From contig JBFMAF010000032.1 of assembly GCA_040755995.1 (NCBI GenBank), positions 289,306 to 353,305 on the forward strand: DNA of 64,000 nucleotides, read 5' to 3'. A model generated the notes under the pieces. It was given only the letters and a program-made list of their open reading frames with translations, did no database searches and was not told the DNA's origin. Positions within the stretch are counted from its first letter, which is position 1. Each line of letters begins with the position of its first letter. The translations under genes were made by a program, and so were the position numbers. Of this stretch, positions 47,047 through 57,201 are shown in pieces. This DNA comes from Acidobacteriota bacterium. GTDB taxonomy: Bacteria; Acidobacteriota; CAIWXX01.

Positions 47047-49311
47047 CTACGACTTCCCATTCCTGGCCTTCTTTGCTTCAAATTGGAAGCCGGGGTAGTC
47101 GATCCTCCGATGGTAGATCCCGATGAGCACCCGCAGGAAGGCGGCCGATATCAGGTTCAGCTCCTTCAGGTTCATCTCGCATTCGTCGAGCTGTCCGTCG
47201 GCGACGATCGCATCCACGATCTTCTTTATCACGTTCTTGAGCTTGCCCGGGCTAGGGTCCTCCAGGCTTCGCGCGGCGGCCTCAACCCCATCCGCCAGCA
47301 TGATGATCGCCGCCTCCTTCGACTGGGGCTTGGGCCCCGGATACCGGTAGTCATCTTCCTTCACGGTATCCATCCTGGCGTCCTGCTTCTCCTTCGCTTT
47401 GTTGAAGAAGTAAGTCATGAGGCGCGTGCCGTGGTGCTGCGGTATGCAGTCCGCGATCGCTTTGGGCAGCCTGACCCGCGCGGCTATGTCGAGACCTTCT
47501 TTGACGTGATTCGAGATGATGAGGCCGCTCATGCTCGGGTTCAACCGCTCGTGCGGGTTCTCGCCTCGCTGGTTTTCGACGAAGTATTCGGCCATCTTGA
47601 TCTTGCCAATGTCGTGGTAGTAAGCGGCCGTCCTCAGGAAGAGCGGGTTCAGCCCGATGGCCTCCGCGCCGGCCTCCGCCAGCGATCCAAGCAGAATCGA
47701 ATGGTGGTACGTCCCCGGCGCCTCCAGCATGAGCTGCCGGAGGATCGGAAGATTCAGGTTCGCGAGCTCAAGCAGCTTGATGTCGGTGATGAAGTTGAAC
47801 AGGGACTCGAACATCGGCAGCAGAAACGAGACCAGAATGGCCACGAGCAGCGCGCAGATGAGAGCCATACCGATGATGAAGAGCACCGTCTCCGGCGTCG
47901 GCAGCGCCCGCGAGACGAAATGCAGAATCAGGGCGTAGAAGGCGCACACGATGGCGATGGCCATGCCGATGCGATAGATGGCGCTGCGATCCTTGTAGTG
48001 CGTGGTCCCGAACACCGCCGCCAGGCTCCCTATGATGCTGTAGAACACCAGGTAGAAGTCGCCTCCGAAGAGCAGCCCGATCATCAATGCATTGATCAGT
48101 GAGAAGATAATGGCGACGGTGCCGTCGAGGAGCAGGGTCAGGAGCAGGGCGCCGAGCGGGAACGGGATAGCGAAATAGTAGTTCGACGCGTTCTGCAGAA
48201 ACGGTTGAGCGGCCGCGCCCGCGATGAGATTCGCGAGCAGGTACAAGAACTTGTCCGCCGTCACCGACATCGCCAGCACCAGACAGACGATGACGAAGGT
48301 CTCAGAAGAGGTCTTCTTGCCGGTGTAGAATGACCTGAGAAAAAGCCAGAACGAGAAGAGGATCGTCGTGATGAGCACGCCGAGACCGAGAATGGCGCCG
48401 ACGTTGCTCCGCTGCGACGCCAGCGCTTCCCTCACCGCGGCCAGCTCCGACATCCGCTCCTCCGTCACCTCATCACCCGCTCGCAGAATCACCCGGCCGC
48501 GCTTCAACTGGTAGAACACCGGCTCCACCGCCGCAACCGCCCGCCGCTCGCGCTCGTCCGTCTCGAAATTGTTCAGGTGCAGATTGGCCCGGATAATCTC
48601 GGACGCCACCCCCGCCAGGGCCTTTCGCTGCGCCACCAGAAGCTGCGTGTTCTGCTGCAGCGATCTCTCGATCGCCCGCTGCAGGGTCTCCTCCGTGGCA
48701 ATGTCCCTCACCTGCATCCGGCGCTCCTCGAGCGTCTGGATGTTGCGCACGACGACCTCTTGGTTGCGGAGAAGGGTAGATAGAGAACGGGCCGAGCCCA
48801 CGGGCTGGCCGTAGTTCTGATGCACCAGTTCCGTCAGCACGGCCTCCATCTTCTCAGAGAACCCGTTCTGGGCCAGGAAGGCGACGCTGTCCATGGAGAG
48901 CGTGAGCCGGAAGTCCTCGGATATGGCCATTCTCAGCTTCTCCGGCGCGGGCTCCTGCGCCTGGCGGGCATACTGGAAGCCGTCACGCAGCGCCTTCGTG
49001 AGCCTGGTGTACTCCGACGGATCATAGTCGAAGACGGTGAGGACTTGCGCAAGCGCCTCGTCACGGCGCTTCTGTGTTGTCTGGCGGTCCTCGACCGTCA
49101 GGTCCACGGGCACCGTGACGTCTGCCGAGGCGATCTGACCCACCTGGTACACGGGAATAGTGGTACGCAGATGCGGTGAGAGGAAGAACAGCGCGACCGC
49201 ACCGGCCAGAACGCCCGCCGTCAGAGGGTGCCTCAGCCACTGCCTCTTCGCCTCCGGCTGGTCCTCCTTCCTGCGAAACGGCACGAGCTTCTGCGGCTTC
49301 TCCTGGCTCAT
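47047..49311 (-). CDS. 7TM-HD (HDIG) membrane phosphohydrolase, PgpH-like
   Basis: Extracytoplasmic domain, 7 TMs, APGTYHHS, YYHDIGK, QHHGT, YPGPKP, LADGVEAA. Confidence 0.92.
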   Translation of the reverse strand: MSQEKPQKLVPFRRKEDQPEAKRQWLRHPLTAGVLAGAVALFFLSPHLRTTIPVYQVGQIASADVTVPVDLTVEDRQTTQKRRDEALAQVLTVFDYDPSEYTRLTKALRDGFQYARQAQEPAPEKLRMAISEDFRLTLSMDSVAFLAQNGFSEKMEAVLTELVHQNYGQPVGSARSLSTLLRNQEVVVRNIQTLEERRMQVRDIATEETLQRAIERSLQQNTQLLVAQRKALAGVASEIIRANLHLNNFETDERERRAVAAVEPVFYQLKRGRVILRAGDEVTEERMSELAAVREALASQRSNVGAILGLGVLITTILFSFWLFLRSFYTGKKTSSETFVIVCLVLAMSVTADKFLYLLANLIAGAAAQPFLQNASNYYFAIPFPLGALLLTLLLDGTVAIIFSLINALMIGLLFGGDFYLVFYSIIGSLAAVFGTTHYKDRSAIYRIGMAIAIVCAFYALILHFVSRALPTPETVLFIIGMALICALLVAILVSFLLPMFESLFNFITDIKLLELANLNLPILRQLMLEAPGTYHHSILLGSLAEAGAEAIGLNPLFLRTAAYYHDIGKIKMAEYFVENQRGENPHERLNPSMSGLIISNHVKEGLDIAARVRLPKAIADCIPQHHGTRLMTYFFNKAKEKQDARMDTVKEDDYRYPGPKPQSKEAAIIMLADGVEAAARSLEDPSPGKLKNVIKKIVDAIVADGQLDECEMNLKELNLISAAFLRVLIGIYHRRIDYPGFQFEAKKARNGKS

Positions 49312-49315
49312 TCTC

Positions 49316-50269
49316 TCACTCGGCCTTTCGGTTCTCGCGGTCCTCGTACGCCTTGATGATGAGCTGCACCAGCGGGTGCCGCACTACGTCCTTCTTTTCA
49401 AAGAAGACGAACTCGATCCCCGGCGTGGCCATCAGCAGATCCCTGGCATCGACAAGCCCCGAGGTCCGCCCCTGCGGGAGATCAGTCTGGGTCAGGTCGC
49501 CGGTAATTACCGCCTTCGAGTCGAAGCCAATCCGCGTCAGGAACATCTTCATCTGTTCGGTGGTGGTGTTCTGGGCTTCATCGAGAATGATAAAAGAGTC
49601 GTTCAGCGTCCGGCCTCGCATATAGGCCAGCGGTGCGACCTCGATCGAGCCACGCTCGAGCAGACTGTTGGCCTTCTCCGTGTCGAGCAGATCGTAGAGG
49701 GCATCGTAGAGCGGCCGCAGATACGGGTCCACCTTCTGGAACATGTCCCCCGGGAGAAACCCGAGTTTCTCGCCCGCCTCGATCGCCGGCCGGGTGAGGA
49801 TGATCCGATGCACGAACTTGTTCAGCAAGGCCGTGATGGCCATGGCCATCGCAAGATACGTCTTGCCGGTGCCGGCCGGCCCGATCCCGAAGACAATGTC
49901 ATGGCGCTCGATCGCCGCCAGATACCGCCGCTGGTTCATCGACCGCGGGGAGATCTGCTTCTTCGCCCATGGATGCAGCGGCACTCCGGCGAAGAAGTCC
50001 TTCAGTTCGAGCGTCTCGTCCTCCTTGAGCAGATTCAGAGCAAGGTCGATATCGCCTTCCTTCGGCGAGTAGCCCTGGTCCAGAAGGTCGGAGAACTTCG
50101 TCAAGAGCCTTTCGGCTGCAAGCTCCGACGATTCGTCGCCCTCTATGAAAAGTTCCTTCCCCCGGCTCGAAAGCCTCACCCCCAGCCGTTCCTGCAGAAG
50201 AATGAGGTTCCGGTCTCTGACCCCGAAAATGGACGGGGCGACTCTCTCGTCCAGGGTCAGCTTCCGCAT
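49316..50269 (-). CDS. phoH: PhoH family ATPase
   Basis: GPAGTGKTYLA, LGFLPGD, AYMRGRTL, DEAQN, VVRHPLV. Confidence 0.95.
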   Translation of the reverse strand: MRKLTLDERVAPSIFGVRDRNLILLQERLGVRLSSRGKELFIEGDESSELAAERLLTKFSDLLDQGYSPKEGDIDLALNLLKEDETLELKDFFAGVPLHPWAKKQISPRSMNQRRYLAAIERHDIVFGIGPAGTGKTYLAMAMAITALLNKFVHRIILTRPAIEAGEKLGFLPGDMFQKVDPYLRPLYDALYDLLDTEKANSLLERGSIEVAPLAYMRGRTLNDSFIILDEAQNTTTEQMKMFLTRIGFDSKAVITGDLTQTDLPQGRTSGLVDARDLLMATPGIEFVFFEKKDVVRHPLVQLIIKAYEDRENRKAE

Positions 50270-50332
50270 ACGGCCTCAGCGGTCATGATCGCCCGCTGCA
50301 CGGTAGCAACCATCTGACAAAGTTCTCATCAG

Positions 50333-50361
50333 ATCCTAGCAACCCCGACCGGAGGTGTCAA
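50333..50361 (-). promoter_or_regulatory. Sigma70-type promoter of the phoH operon
   Basis: Minus strand TTGACA-N17-TAGGAT with extended -10 TG. Confidence 0.65.
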
Positions 50362-50369
50362 CATGTCAA

Positions 50370-50466
50370 GGCAAGAGGCAAAATGCAAGAGGCAAAGCGC
50401 AAAATGGGGATGGCCGAAAACAGGATGCCAAGACAAGATGCAAAATGGAGAAGGCACAATACAAGA
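50370..50466. repeat. Heptamer tandem repeats (T/G)GCAAAA-like, two tracts
   Basis: ggcaaga ggcaaaa tgcaaga ggcaaag cgcaaaa; same unit at 51570-51607 and 57930-57982. Confidence 0.8.
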
Positions 50467-50488
50467 GTTGAATGGAATCACGCTGGCA

Positions 50489-51229
50489 CTAGTCCGCGCG
50501 CTTCCCGCGCTTTCCGAACGCCCACGCCACCAGAATCCCAAGGGCGTAGAGAACCAGCAGGGGAGCTGCGAACAGGCTCTGGGTGACGATGTCGGGGGTT
50601 GGAGTCACCACGGCGGCAATCACGAAAACCAGCACGATCGCGTACTTGAAGTTTCGCAGGAGGAAACGATGCGTGATCAGCCCGAGCCTCGCGAGGAAGA
50701 AGATGAGGACGGGCAGCTCGAAGACCAGCCCCACGCCGAGCAGCAGCTTCGAGATGAGCGAGAGATACTGGTCGACAGTTATGATCGGCTGGAAGTCGCT
50801 CCCCATCTCCAGAAAGAACCTGCATGCGACCGGGAAGAGGAAGTAGTAGCCGAATGCACCTCCTCCTACGAAGAAGGCCGTTCCGAAGAAAATGAAGGGA
50901 ATCGCATAATACCGCTCCTTCGGGTACAGGCCGGGAGAGATGAACCTCCATAACTCGAGTATCACGACGGGGGACGCGAGGAAAAACGCGGCAAGCAGCG
51001 CGACCTTCATATAGAGAATGAAGGCCGACGGGAGTGTGGTGAATGCCAGCTTGGTGCCTGGAGGCAGGAACTGAGTGACTGGGTGAGCGAGGAACGCGAA
51101 GATCGGCTTAGAATATATCCAGCAGACTATGAATGCCACGAAAATGGCGAGCACCGAGACCAGAAGCCTCGCGCGCAGCTCCTCGAGATGCTCGAGGAAG
51201 GTCATCTTGTCGGGATCCGACCTTGCCAT
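50489..51229 (-). CDS. tatC: Twin-arginine translocase subunit TatC
   Basis: MTFLEHLEELRARL, FISPGLYPKE, FELPV, TPTPD. Confidence 0.96.
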   Translation of the reverse strand: MARSDPDKMTFLEHLEELRARLLVSVLAIFVAFIVCWIYSKPIFAFLAHPVTQFLPPGTKLAFTTLPSAFILYMKVALLAAFFLASPVVILELWRFISPGLYPKERYYAIPFIFFGTAFFVGGGAFGYYFLFPVACRFFLEMGSDFQPIITVDQYLSLISKLLLGVGLVFELPVLIFFLARLGLITHRFLLRNFKYAIVLVFVIAAVVTPTPDIVTQSLFAAPLLVLYALGILVAWAFGKRGKRAD

Positions 51230-51317
51230 CAATCAGCGGCTTGTGCGCCGCGCGCGGCGCCCGCGACCAATCCCCCGGCTGCCGGCACCGCTTCGGACGA
51301 CGCCCCTTTGCTCGGCA

Positions 51318-51545
51318 CTATCCAGCATGGTTCTTGCTGTCGCCGGGCTCGATCTTCTTGGGCTCTTCTCCTATGCGCCGGACCTCGTTCTCCAGCGAGC
51401 TCCGGAGATCGCTGCTCGCGCGGCGGAACTCGCTCAGCGCGCGCCCGACTGTCTTCCCAAGTTCCGGAAGGCGTTTCGGCCCAAAAACCAGCAGCGCGAT
51501 CACCAGTATCAGGAGGATCTCCTGTATCCCAAGCGAACCAAACAT
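51318..51545 (-). CDS. Twin-arginine translocase TatA/TatB family subunit
   Basis: EILLILVIALLVFGPKRLPELGKTVGRALSEFR. Confidence 0.93.
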   Translation of the reverse strand: MFGSLGIQEILLILVIALLVFGPKRLPELGKTVGRALSEFRRASSDLRSSLENEVRRIGEEPKKIEPGDSKNHAG

Positions 51546-51696
51546 AAATGGAGTCTAGCACCCGGGAGGTGGCAAATGCAAAAGGCAAAGTGCAAAATGC
51601 ACAATGGGGAAGGCCACAGGCGAAATGGTAGAACAGGGAACATATTCCGCCGAGGACTCGTCTTTGACTTTGGGTGCTGCGAAGGAGATTGGAGAC

Positions 51697-52482
51697 ATGA
51701 AGAGGAACTATGTATTGAGCCTGGGATTGCTCGCGGGCCTGACGATCGTGTTCGCCGGCTCAGCATCGGCGGGCGACGAGGTGCGCGAGGAATTCCATGA
51801 GACCTACAAACTGGCCGCCAACGGCTCCATCCGCCTGGAAAACATCAACGGCGACGTGAGCATAAAGGCATGGGACCGCCATGAAGTCCGGGTCGACGCG
51901 ATCAAGACGGCCTCCTCAGAGCGGAGTCTTCGAGGGACCCGGATCGCCGTCGACGCCGAGGACGACGAGATCCGGATCGAGACCGAGCATCCGGGTGAAA
52001 ACAGCTCGTGGTGGGACCGGCTGACCCTCGAGCCGGGCCGGGTCGACTACACGCTGACCGTCCCGCGCGACGCACGCCTGCGTGAGATCGAGCTGGTGAA
52101 CGGGCGGCTGGCGGTCGAGGGGGTCGAGGGATCTGTCAAGGCCACTACGATAAACGGCCGCCTCGATGCCCGAGGGCTCATCGCCGACGCCGATCTCTCG
52201 ACAGTGAACGGATCCATGGTCGTGTCCTTCGCGCGACTCGACCACGCTCAACACGTGTCGCTGGAGTCGGTAAACGGCGAGATCGAGGTGACACTCCCGC
52301 CGGCCGCCGATGCGGACGTGAGCGCCAGCACGGTGAGCGGCAGGATCACAACCGATTTCTCACTGCGGATCGACCGGGGCCGCTGGGTAGGCGAAGCACT
52401 CGACGGGACAATCGGAGGTGGCGACGCCCGCCTCCGAGTCCAGACCGTCAACGGACGGATCTCTATCCTGAAATCGAAGTAG
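51697..52482 (+). CDS. DUF4097 (putative adhesin) beta-repeat protein
   Basis: Signal peptide; repeated xxNGxI strands (TVNGSM, SVNGEI, TVSGRI). Confidence 0.82.
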   Translation: MKRNYVLSLGLLAGLTIVFAGSASAGDEVREEFHETYKLAANGSIRLENINGDVSIKAWDRHEVRVDAIKTASSERSLRGTRIAVDAEDDEIRIETEHPGENSSWWDRLTLEPGRVDYTLTVPRDARLREIELVNGRLAVEGVEGSVKATTINGRLDARGLIADADLSTVNGSMVVSFARLDHAQHVSLESVNGEIEVTLPPAADADVSASTVSGRITTDFSLRIDRGRWVGEALDGTIGGGDARLRVQTVNGRISILKSK

Positions 52483-52528
52483 CCAAGACTGCCCGCGCAT
52501 CATTGAGCTGAACCGGTACCCGTTCCCC

Positions 52529-52567
52529 TTCCACTCTCTACTATCTACTCTCCACTCTTCACTCTCT
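52529..52567. repeat. Heptamer tandem repeat CTC(T/C)ACT-like x5
   Basis: ttccact ctctact atctact ctccact cttcact; complementary unit near 61582-61606. Confidence 0.75.
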
Positions 52568-52694
52568 GCACGAGGCGGGGCCGAAGCTCCCCTGCATGAT
52601 ACTCCGACCCGAGGCCCCGCCTCGCCGGTAGTCCTTCCCAATCTCCTCCTGATCTGATAGGTTGTGCTGCGGTGATTCACATGGAGATTGCGTC

Positions 52695-53207
52695 ATGACC
52701 AAAGCGGATCCTGCCGAACTGCTCATGCGGCCGTACTCTCTGATAGACAGGCGATGCGCCCTCCTGGCGACCGGGAGGGCCCAGCCCAACCTGATGACTG
52801 TGTCATGGGGCGGGTTCGGCACCATCTGGAACCGTCCGGTCACGACCGTGTATGTCCGACCAACGCGGTACAGCCATACGCTCATCAGCGCCTATCCGGA
52901 ATTCACGCTCAACTTCTTGCCCGAGATTCGGCGCGCAGCGCTCGACTACTGCGGGACTTACTCGGGCCGTACCGTGGACAAGTGGAAAGGGGCCGGGTTG
53001 CAGCCGGAGCGCAGCGAGTGTGTGGCAGTGCCCCGGGTCGCGGGGTCCGACCTGGCCGTCGAGTGCCGCGTCATCGCATCCTTCGTGTTCGATCCGTCGC
53101 GGATCATCGAGAAGTCCATCGAGGAGCTCTACCCTGGGCACGACTACCACACGGCTTTCATCGGCGAGGTCCTGGCCGTGTGGAAGAGCGAGCTCTTCAC
53201 GCCGTAG
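52695..53207 (+). CDS. Flavin reductase (flavoredoxin-like) family protein
   Basis: NLMTVSWGGFG, YVRPTRYS, CGTYSGRTVDK, HTAFIGEV. Confidence 0.9.
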   Translation: MTKADPAELLMRPYSLIDRRCALLATGRAQPNLMTVSWGGFGTIWNRPVTTVYVRPTRYSHTLISAYPEFTLNFLPEIRRAALDYCGTYSGRTVDKWKGAGLQPERSECVAVPRVAGSDLAVECRVIASFVFDPSRIIEKSIEELYPGHDYHTAFIGEVLAVWKSELFTP

Positions 53208-53298
53208 CTCAGCGGTATGAGGGGCTCGCTGGAGCCCGAAGAGCACGTGTGTCTCGCCGGCACCTGTCGCAGTTCGCTGGCCGGGTGTGCGCGACTAC

Positions 53299-53336
53299 TT
53301 GACATGACTCGACAAATGAGTTAGAAGTGAGTCATG
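53299..53336 (+). promoter_or_regulatory. TA promoter with inverted-repeat operator
   Basis: TTGACA-N17-TAGAAG; CATGACTC (53303-53310) / GAGTCATG (53329-53336). Confidence 0.6.
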
Positions 53337-53582
53337 ATGAGGATCAACATTCACGATGCCAAGACCCATCTCTCAGGGTACCTCGCCCGCATGAAGGAGG
53401 ACGACGTCATCCTGCTGTGCCGCCGGAACACGCCGGTGGCCGAGATCCGGCTGCTCCCGAAGGCCGCCGGGGATCGGCCTCGACGGCTGGGGCTTGCGAA
53501 GGGGAAGGTGAGAATCAAGAGCGAGTTCTTCGAGCCGCTGCCTGACGAGATAGTCGCCGCCTTCGAGGGGCGGCAGCCTTGA
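53334..53582 (+). CDS. Type II antitoxin, Phd/YefM family
   Basis: NIHDAKTHLS...RNTPVA...FFEPLPDEIVAAFEG. Confidence 0.9.
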   Translation: MMRINIHDAKTHLSGYLARMKEDDVILLCRRNTPVAEIRLLPKAAGDRPRRLGLAKGKVRIKSEFFEPLPDEIVAAFEGRQP

Positions 53583-53965
53583 GGCTGCTCCTCGACACTT
53601 GTACCTTCCTGTGGGCCGTCAGTGCGGTACCCAGGCTGTCTGAGGTGGCTCGACGTCTCATCGTGGACACAGCCAATGAGCCCTACTTCAGCGCGGTGTC
53701 CGCCTGGGAGATCTGCGTGAAGCACAAGCTCGGTGCTCTGGCGCTCGGTGAGCCTCCCGGCGTGTTCATCCCCAAGTATCGCAAAGCCCACGGCTTTCGA
53801 GAGCTGCCCCTTGAGGAGCTATCGACTCTGCAACTCGTGCGCCTCCCGGACTTGCACAGGGATCCCTTCGATCGGATGCTGATATGTCAAGCGGTCGCAC
53901 ACGGTATGGCGATTGTAACCCCCGATCCGCTGGTGACACAGTATCCCGTGCGGACGATCTGGTGA
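53579..53965 (+). CDS. vapC: Type II toxin VapC (PIN domain)
   Basis: LLLDTCTFLW, SAVSAWE, HRDPFDRMLICQA; TTGA overlap with the antitoxin. Confidence 0.92.
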   Translation: MRLLLDTCTFLWAVSAVPRLSEVARRLIVDTANEPYFSAVSAWEICVKHKLGALALGEPPGVFIPKYRKAHGFRELPLEELSTLQLVRLPDLHRDPFDRMLICQAVAHGMAIVTPDPLVTQYPVRTIW

Positions 53966-54009
53966 GACGTGCAGGTCGCCTCGGCGCCGGTGCCGTGACG
54001 GGCACGACG

Positions 54010-54780
54010 TCACGAGGCGGGGAGCAGCCGGGCGACTCGCACTCCTGAGCTGTCGAGCCTGGCGCGAATTGCCCCGATGATCGCGATCGCATCAGGCGTG
54101 TCGCCATGGACGCACAAGGTCTCGGCGCGCACCGGCACGCGGGATCCGTCTATGGCCAGCACGACACCTTCACACACGACTCGCGCAGCCTGGTCCGCCG
54201 CCTTTCGAGGGTCGGTGATCATTGCGTCAGGGTGACGGCGGGATCGCAACGAGCCGTCAGGCTCGTAGACGCGATCCGCGAAAGCCTCCGCCGCTACGCG
54301 GAACCCCTCCGACCGCCACACATCCAACATGACCGATCCCGCGAGGCCGACGAGCACCACCTTGCGGTTCCAGCGCGCCACGCCACCGGCCACCGCCTTC
54401 GCAACGACGGCGTCCCTGGCCGCCACGTTGTAGAGCGCTCCATGCGGCTTCACGTGCACCGGCTCGCACCCAAGCTCGCATGCCACTGCAGCCAGCCTCC
54501 GCACCTGCTCCTCCACGCATCGGCTGATCTCCACGGCCTCGATCTTCATCTCCAGCCGGCCGAAGTTTTCGCGATCGGGGTAGCTTGGGTGAGCCCCGAT
54601 GCCGACTCCGTAACCGGAGGCCATCCTGACCAGCGCACGCATGGTCGATTCGTCTCCGGCATGCCCGCCGCAAGCGATGTTGGCCGATGTGATCCTCCGA
54701 ACGAGCGCATCCTCCCTCCCGTCCGCAATTGCCTCCGGACGCTCGCCCACATCCGCGTTCAGATCGATCGAAAGCGCCAT
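54010..54780 (-). CDS. pxpA: 5-oxoprolinase subunit A (LamB/YcsF)
   Basis: DLNADVGE, SANIACGGHAGD, AHPSYPDRENFGR, HVKPHGALYN, CVHGD. Confidence 0.95.
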   Translation of the reverse strand: MALSIDLNADVGERPEAIADGREDALVRRITSANIACGGHAGDESTMRALVRMASGYGVGIGAHPSYPDRENFGRLEMKIEAVEISRCVEEQVRRLAAVACELGCEPVHVKPHGALYNVAARDAVVAKAVAGGVARWNRKVVLVGLAGSVMLDVWRSEGFRVAAEAFADRVYEPDGSLRSRRHPDAMITDPRKAADQAARVVCEGVVLAIDGSRVPVRAETLCVHGDTPDAIAIIGAIRARLDSSGVRVARLLPAS

Positions 54781-54798
54781 GGCATCTCCGTCCAGCGT

Positions 54799-56046
54799 CT
54801 ATCCCAGCCTACTCCCTTTGGTCTCCGGCATCAGCATCATGAGGCCGGCGCCGAGCAGGAAGAAGACCGACGTGAGCGCGAGAGCGCTCCCGATCCCGTG
54901 CACGTCGGCGACGGCTCCGATCGTGTATGGAGCGAGCGCGCTGACTGCACGGCCCATGTTGTATGCGAATCCCTGCGCCGTAGCTCGAATGCGGGTCGGG
55001 AACAGCTCGGCGAGCATGGCTCCGAAGACGCTGAAATAGCCGTGCCCGAAGAAGCCGACCAACGGCCCCAGACAGAGCAATACCGTCTCATGTCCCGATA
55101 GGCTGCCGTAAAGCGGCACCAGTGCTGCAGCGACCAGCAGGAACGCGATGAATACCGGCCGCCTTCCCAACCGGTCGGCGAGAAAGCCGAAGAGAATGTA
55201 CCCGAAAAACGCGCCGATCTGCATCGGAACGACCCACGCGGAAGACTTCACGATACTCATGCCCGCCCCGCCCGCTTCGACCGGCGACGACAAGAACGCG
55301 GGTATCCAGGTGAAGAGGCCCCAGTAGGCGAAGAGTACTGAGGTCGTCAATGCCGTGGCCGACAGCAGCCGGCGAAGCGGAGCTCCGGCGAGAAACCCGC
55401 GAACGGCTTCCGCCGGGTTCGAAGGCCGCACCGCGAATCCCGCCCGCCAGATTTCCGGCTCCTTGACTCCGCCTCGAATCCACACGGCAAGCAGTGCCGG
55501 GACTACTCCCACTGCAAACAACCAACGCCACCCGTGGGACGGGAGTATGGCAGCCGCGAGGACAGCCGCCATGATATAGCCGATCGCCCATCCTGACTGC
55601 ATCAATCCAATCGCCTTGCCGCGGTGCGCATCAGGCCATGTCTCCGACACCAAAACCGATCCCGCCGACCACTCACCACCCAGGCCGATACCGACCAGTG
55701 TCCTCCAGATGATAAGTTGGCCCATCGAGCCGGCCGTGGCCGTCATGGCCGTGAAGATCGAATACACTAAGATCGAGTACATGAGCGACCTGGCGCGGCC
55801 GATCCGATCGGCGAGCATTCCAAAGAGTATCCCCCCGAACGCGGACGCCACCAATGTGCCCGATGCCAACGCGCCAGCCTCCGCTGCTGTCAGGTTGAAT
55901 TCCTTTCGTATGGCCGTCAACGCGAACGCATAGAGCATGACGTCCATGGCATCCAGCATCCAGCCCGCCTGCGCCGCGATCAGTGCCTTCCACTGCTCGC
56001 TCGTAATCGCTCGATACCAGGGGAGGTTGTCTTCCACCACGCTCAT
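54799..56046 (-). CDS. MFS transporter (aromatic acid/carboxylate symporter-like)
   Basis: 12 TMs, GWMLDAMD, GMLADRIGR, GIGLGGEW, AELFPTRIRATAQG. Confidence 0.92.
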   Translation of the reverse strand: MSVVEDNLPWYRAITSEQWKALIAAQAGWMLDAMDVMLYAFALTAIRKEFNLTAAEAGALASGTLVASAFGGILFGMLADRIGRARSLMYSILVYSIFTAMTATAGSMGQLIIWRTLVGIGLGGEWSAGSVLVSETWPDAHRGKAIGLMQSGWAIGYIMAAVLAAAILPSHGWRWLFAVGVVPALLAVWIRGGVKEPEIWRAGFAVRPSNPAEAVRGFLAGAPLRRLLSATALTTSVLFAYWGLFTWIPAFLSSPVEAGGAGMSIVKSSAWVVPMQIGAFFGYILFGFLADRLGRRPVFIAFLLVAAALVPLYGSLSGHETVLLCLGPLVGFFGHGYFSVFGAMLAELFPTRIRATAQGFAYNMGRAVSALAPYTIGAVADVHGIGSALALTSVFFLLGAGLMMLMPETKGSRLG

Positions 56047-56127
56047 TATACAGCGCGACCGTTGTCGCGCTGTATGGACACCGACACCAGACAGTGCTGC
56101 AGGGCAAGGCGCCACGTTGTGCGGAGC

Positions 56128-57075
56128 TCAGCCTGCGGGTTCGAGCGCATCCGGGCCGATCAGCGCCTCCTGCGCCCGCAGAAGCTCGACTGCCTCCGCG
56201 ATCGACACTTGCGCGAAGCGCACTTCGTCGCGAGGTCTGAGCTGCCCGACGCGGCTCAGGTCCGCCGAGATTACGTTGGCGATCTTCGGATAGCCACCTG
56301 TCGTAGGCCGCTCGACGAAAAGCAGGATGGGTTGCCGGTTATCCGGCACCTGCACCGCGCCTGCTGAAACACCTTCGGTGAGCATGTCGCCTTGGGCCCG
56401 CCTTTCAAGTGTGGGTCCGCCCAGTCGCAGGCCGACACGATTGGAATCCTCCAGAACTTTGAACGCGGATGAGAAGAACAGTTCGTCAGCCACTTTCGTG
56501 AATTGTTCCCACTGAGGCCCCCTGGTCGCTCGTAACGGGCCGCTCGCGCCCGGAATGAGAGACGGTCTCAGTCGCACGGGTCTGAATTCCCGCGAGCCGG
56601 GCGGATCGCCCAGCTCGATCATGTCCCCTTTCCTGAGCGCGCGGCCGTCGTGGCCCCCGAGGCGTGTCTGCAGATGCGTCGACGCGCTGCCCAGAACCAG
56701 CGGCACTCGAATGCCCCCGCGAATGCAGAGGTAGGCCCGGGCGCCAGCCCGAGTCGGGCCGAGCTGGATCCTCTGGCCGCGCCTCACAAGCAGTGACGTC
56801 CACGCGGGGACCGCCTGGCCGTCCACGGTGGGCCCGAAATCGGCGCCGGTTATCGCAATGACTGAATCCGCCTCGAACTCAAACGTGCCGCCGAGAAGGG
56901 TCATCTCGACGGCCGGGGCGTTCGCAGAGTTGCCTACGAGCAGATTCCCGAGCCGCAACGCCGTCGAGTCGGCCGCACCGGCCGGCGAGACGCCCAGGTG
57001 CGCGAGGCCGTGTCGCCCCAGGTCCTGAACCGTCGAGAGAAACCCGGGCGCGATCACTCGTATGCCCGAATTCAT
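56128..57075 (-). CDS. pxpC: 5-oxoprolinase subunit C
   Basis: TVQDLGR, GNLLVGN, SNRVGLRL, TTGGYPKIA. Confidence 0.92.
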   Translation of the reverse strand: MNSGIRVIAPGFLSTVQDLGRHGLAHLGVSPAGAADSTALRLGNLLVGNSANAPAVEMTLLGGTFEFEADSVIAITGADFGPTVDGQAVPAWTSLLVRRGQRIQLGPTRAGARAYLCIRGGIRVPLVLGSASTHLQTRLGGHDGRALRKGDMIELGDPPGSREFRPVRLRPSLIPGASGPLRATRGPQWEQFTKVADELFFSSAFKVLEDSNRVGLRLGGPTLERRAQGDMLTEGVSAGAVQVPDNRQPILLFVERPTTGGYPKIANVISADLSRVGQLRPRDEVRFAQVSIAEAVELLRAQEALIGPDALEPAG

Positions 57076-57093
57076 CCCAGACCCCTCTCAAAC

Positions 57094-57201
57094 AGAAGTA
57101 TGAAGTACGAAAGGTGCTGTGCCGTGCCAGCGGTCGAACCGTGTGGGCGTCGCACCCGTCGAACGACTCCTTTCAGACTTCATACTTCAAGCTTCACACT
57201 T
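57094..57201. repeat. Inverted pair of TGAAGTA-like heptamer tracts
   Basis: agaagta tgaagta cgaaagg ... cctttcag acttcat acttcaa gcttcac; 21 bp recur as exact reverse complement at 63340-63360. Confidence 0.8.
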
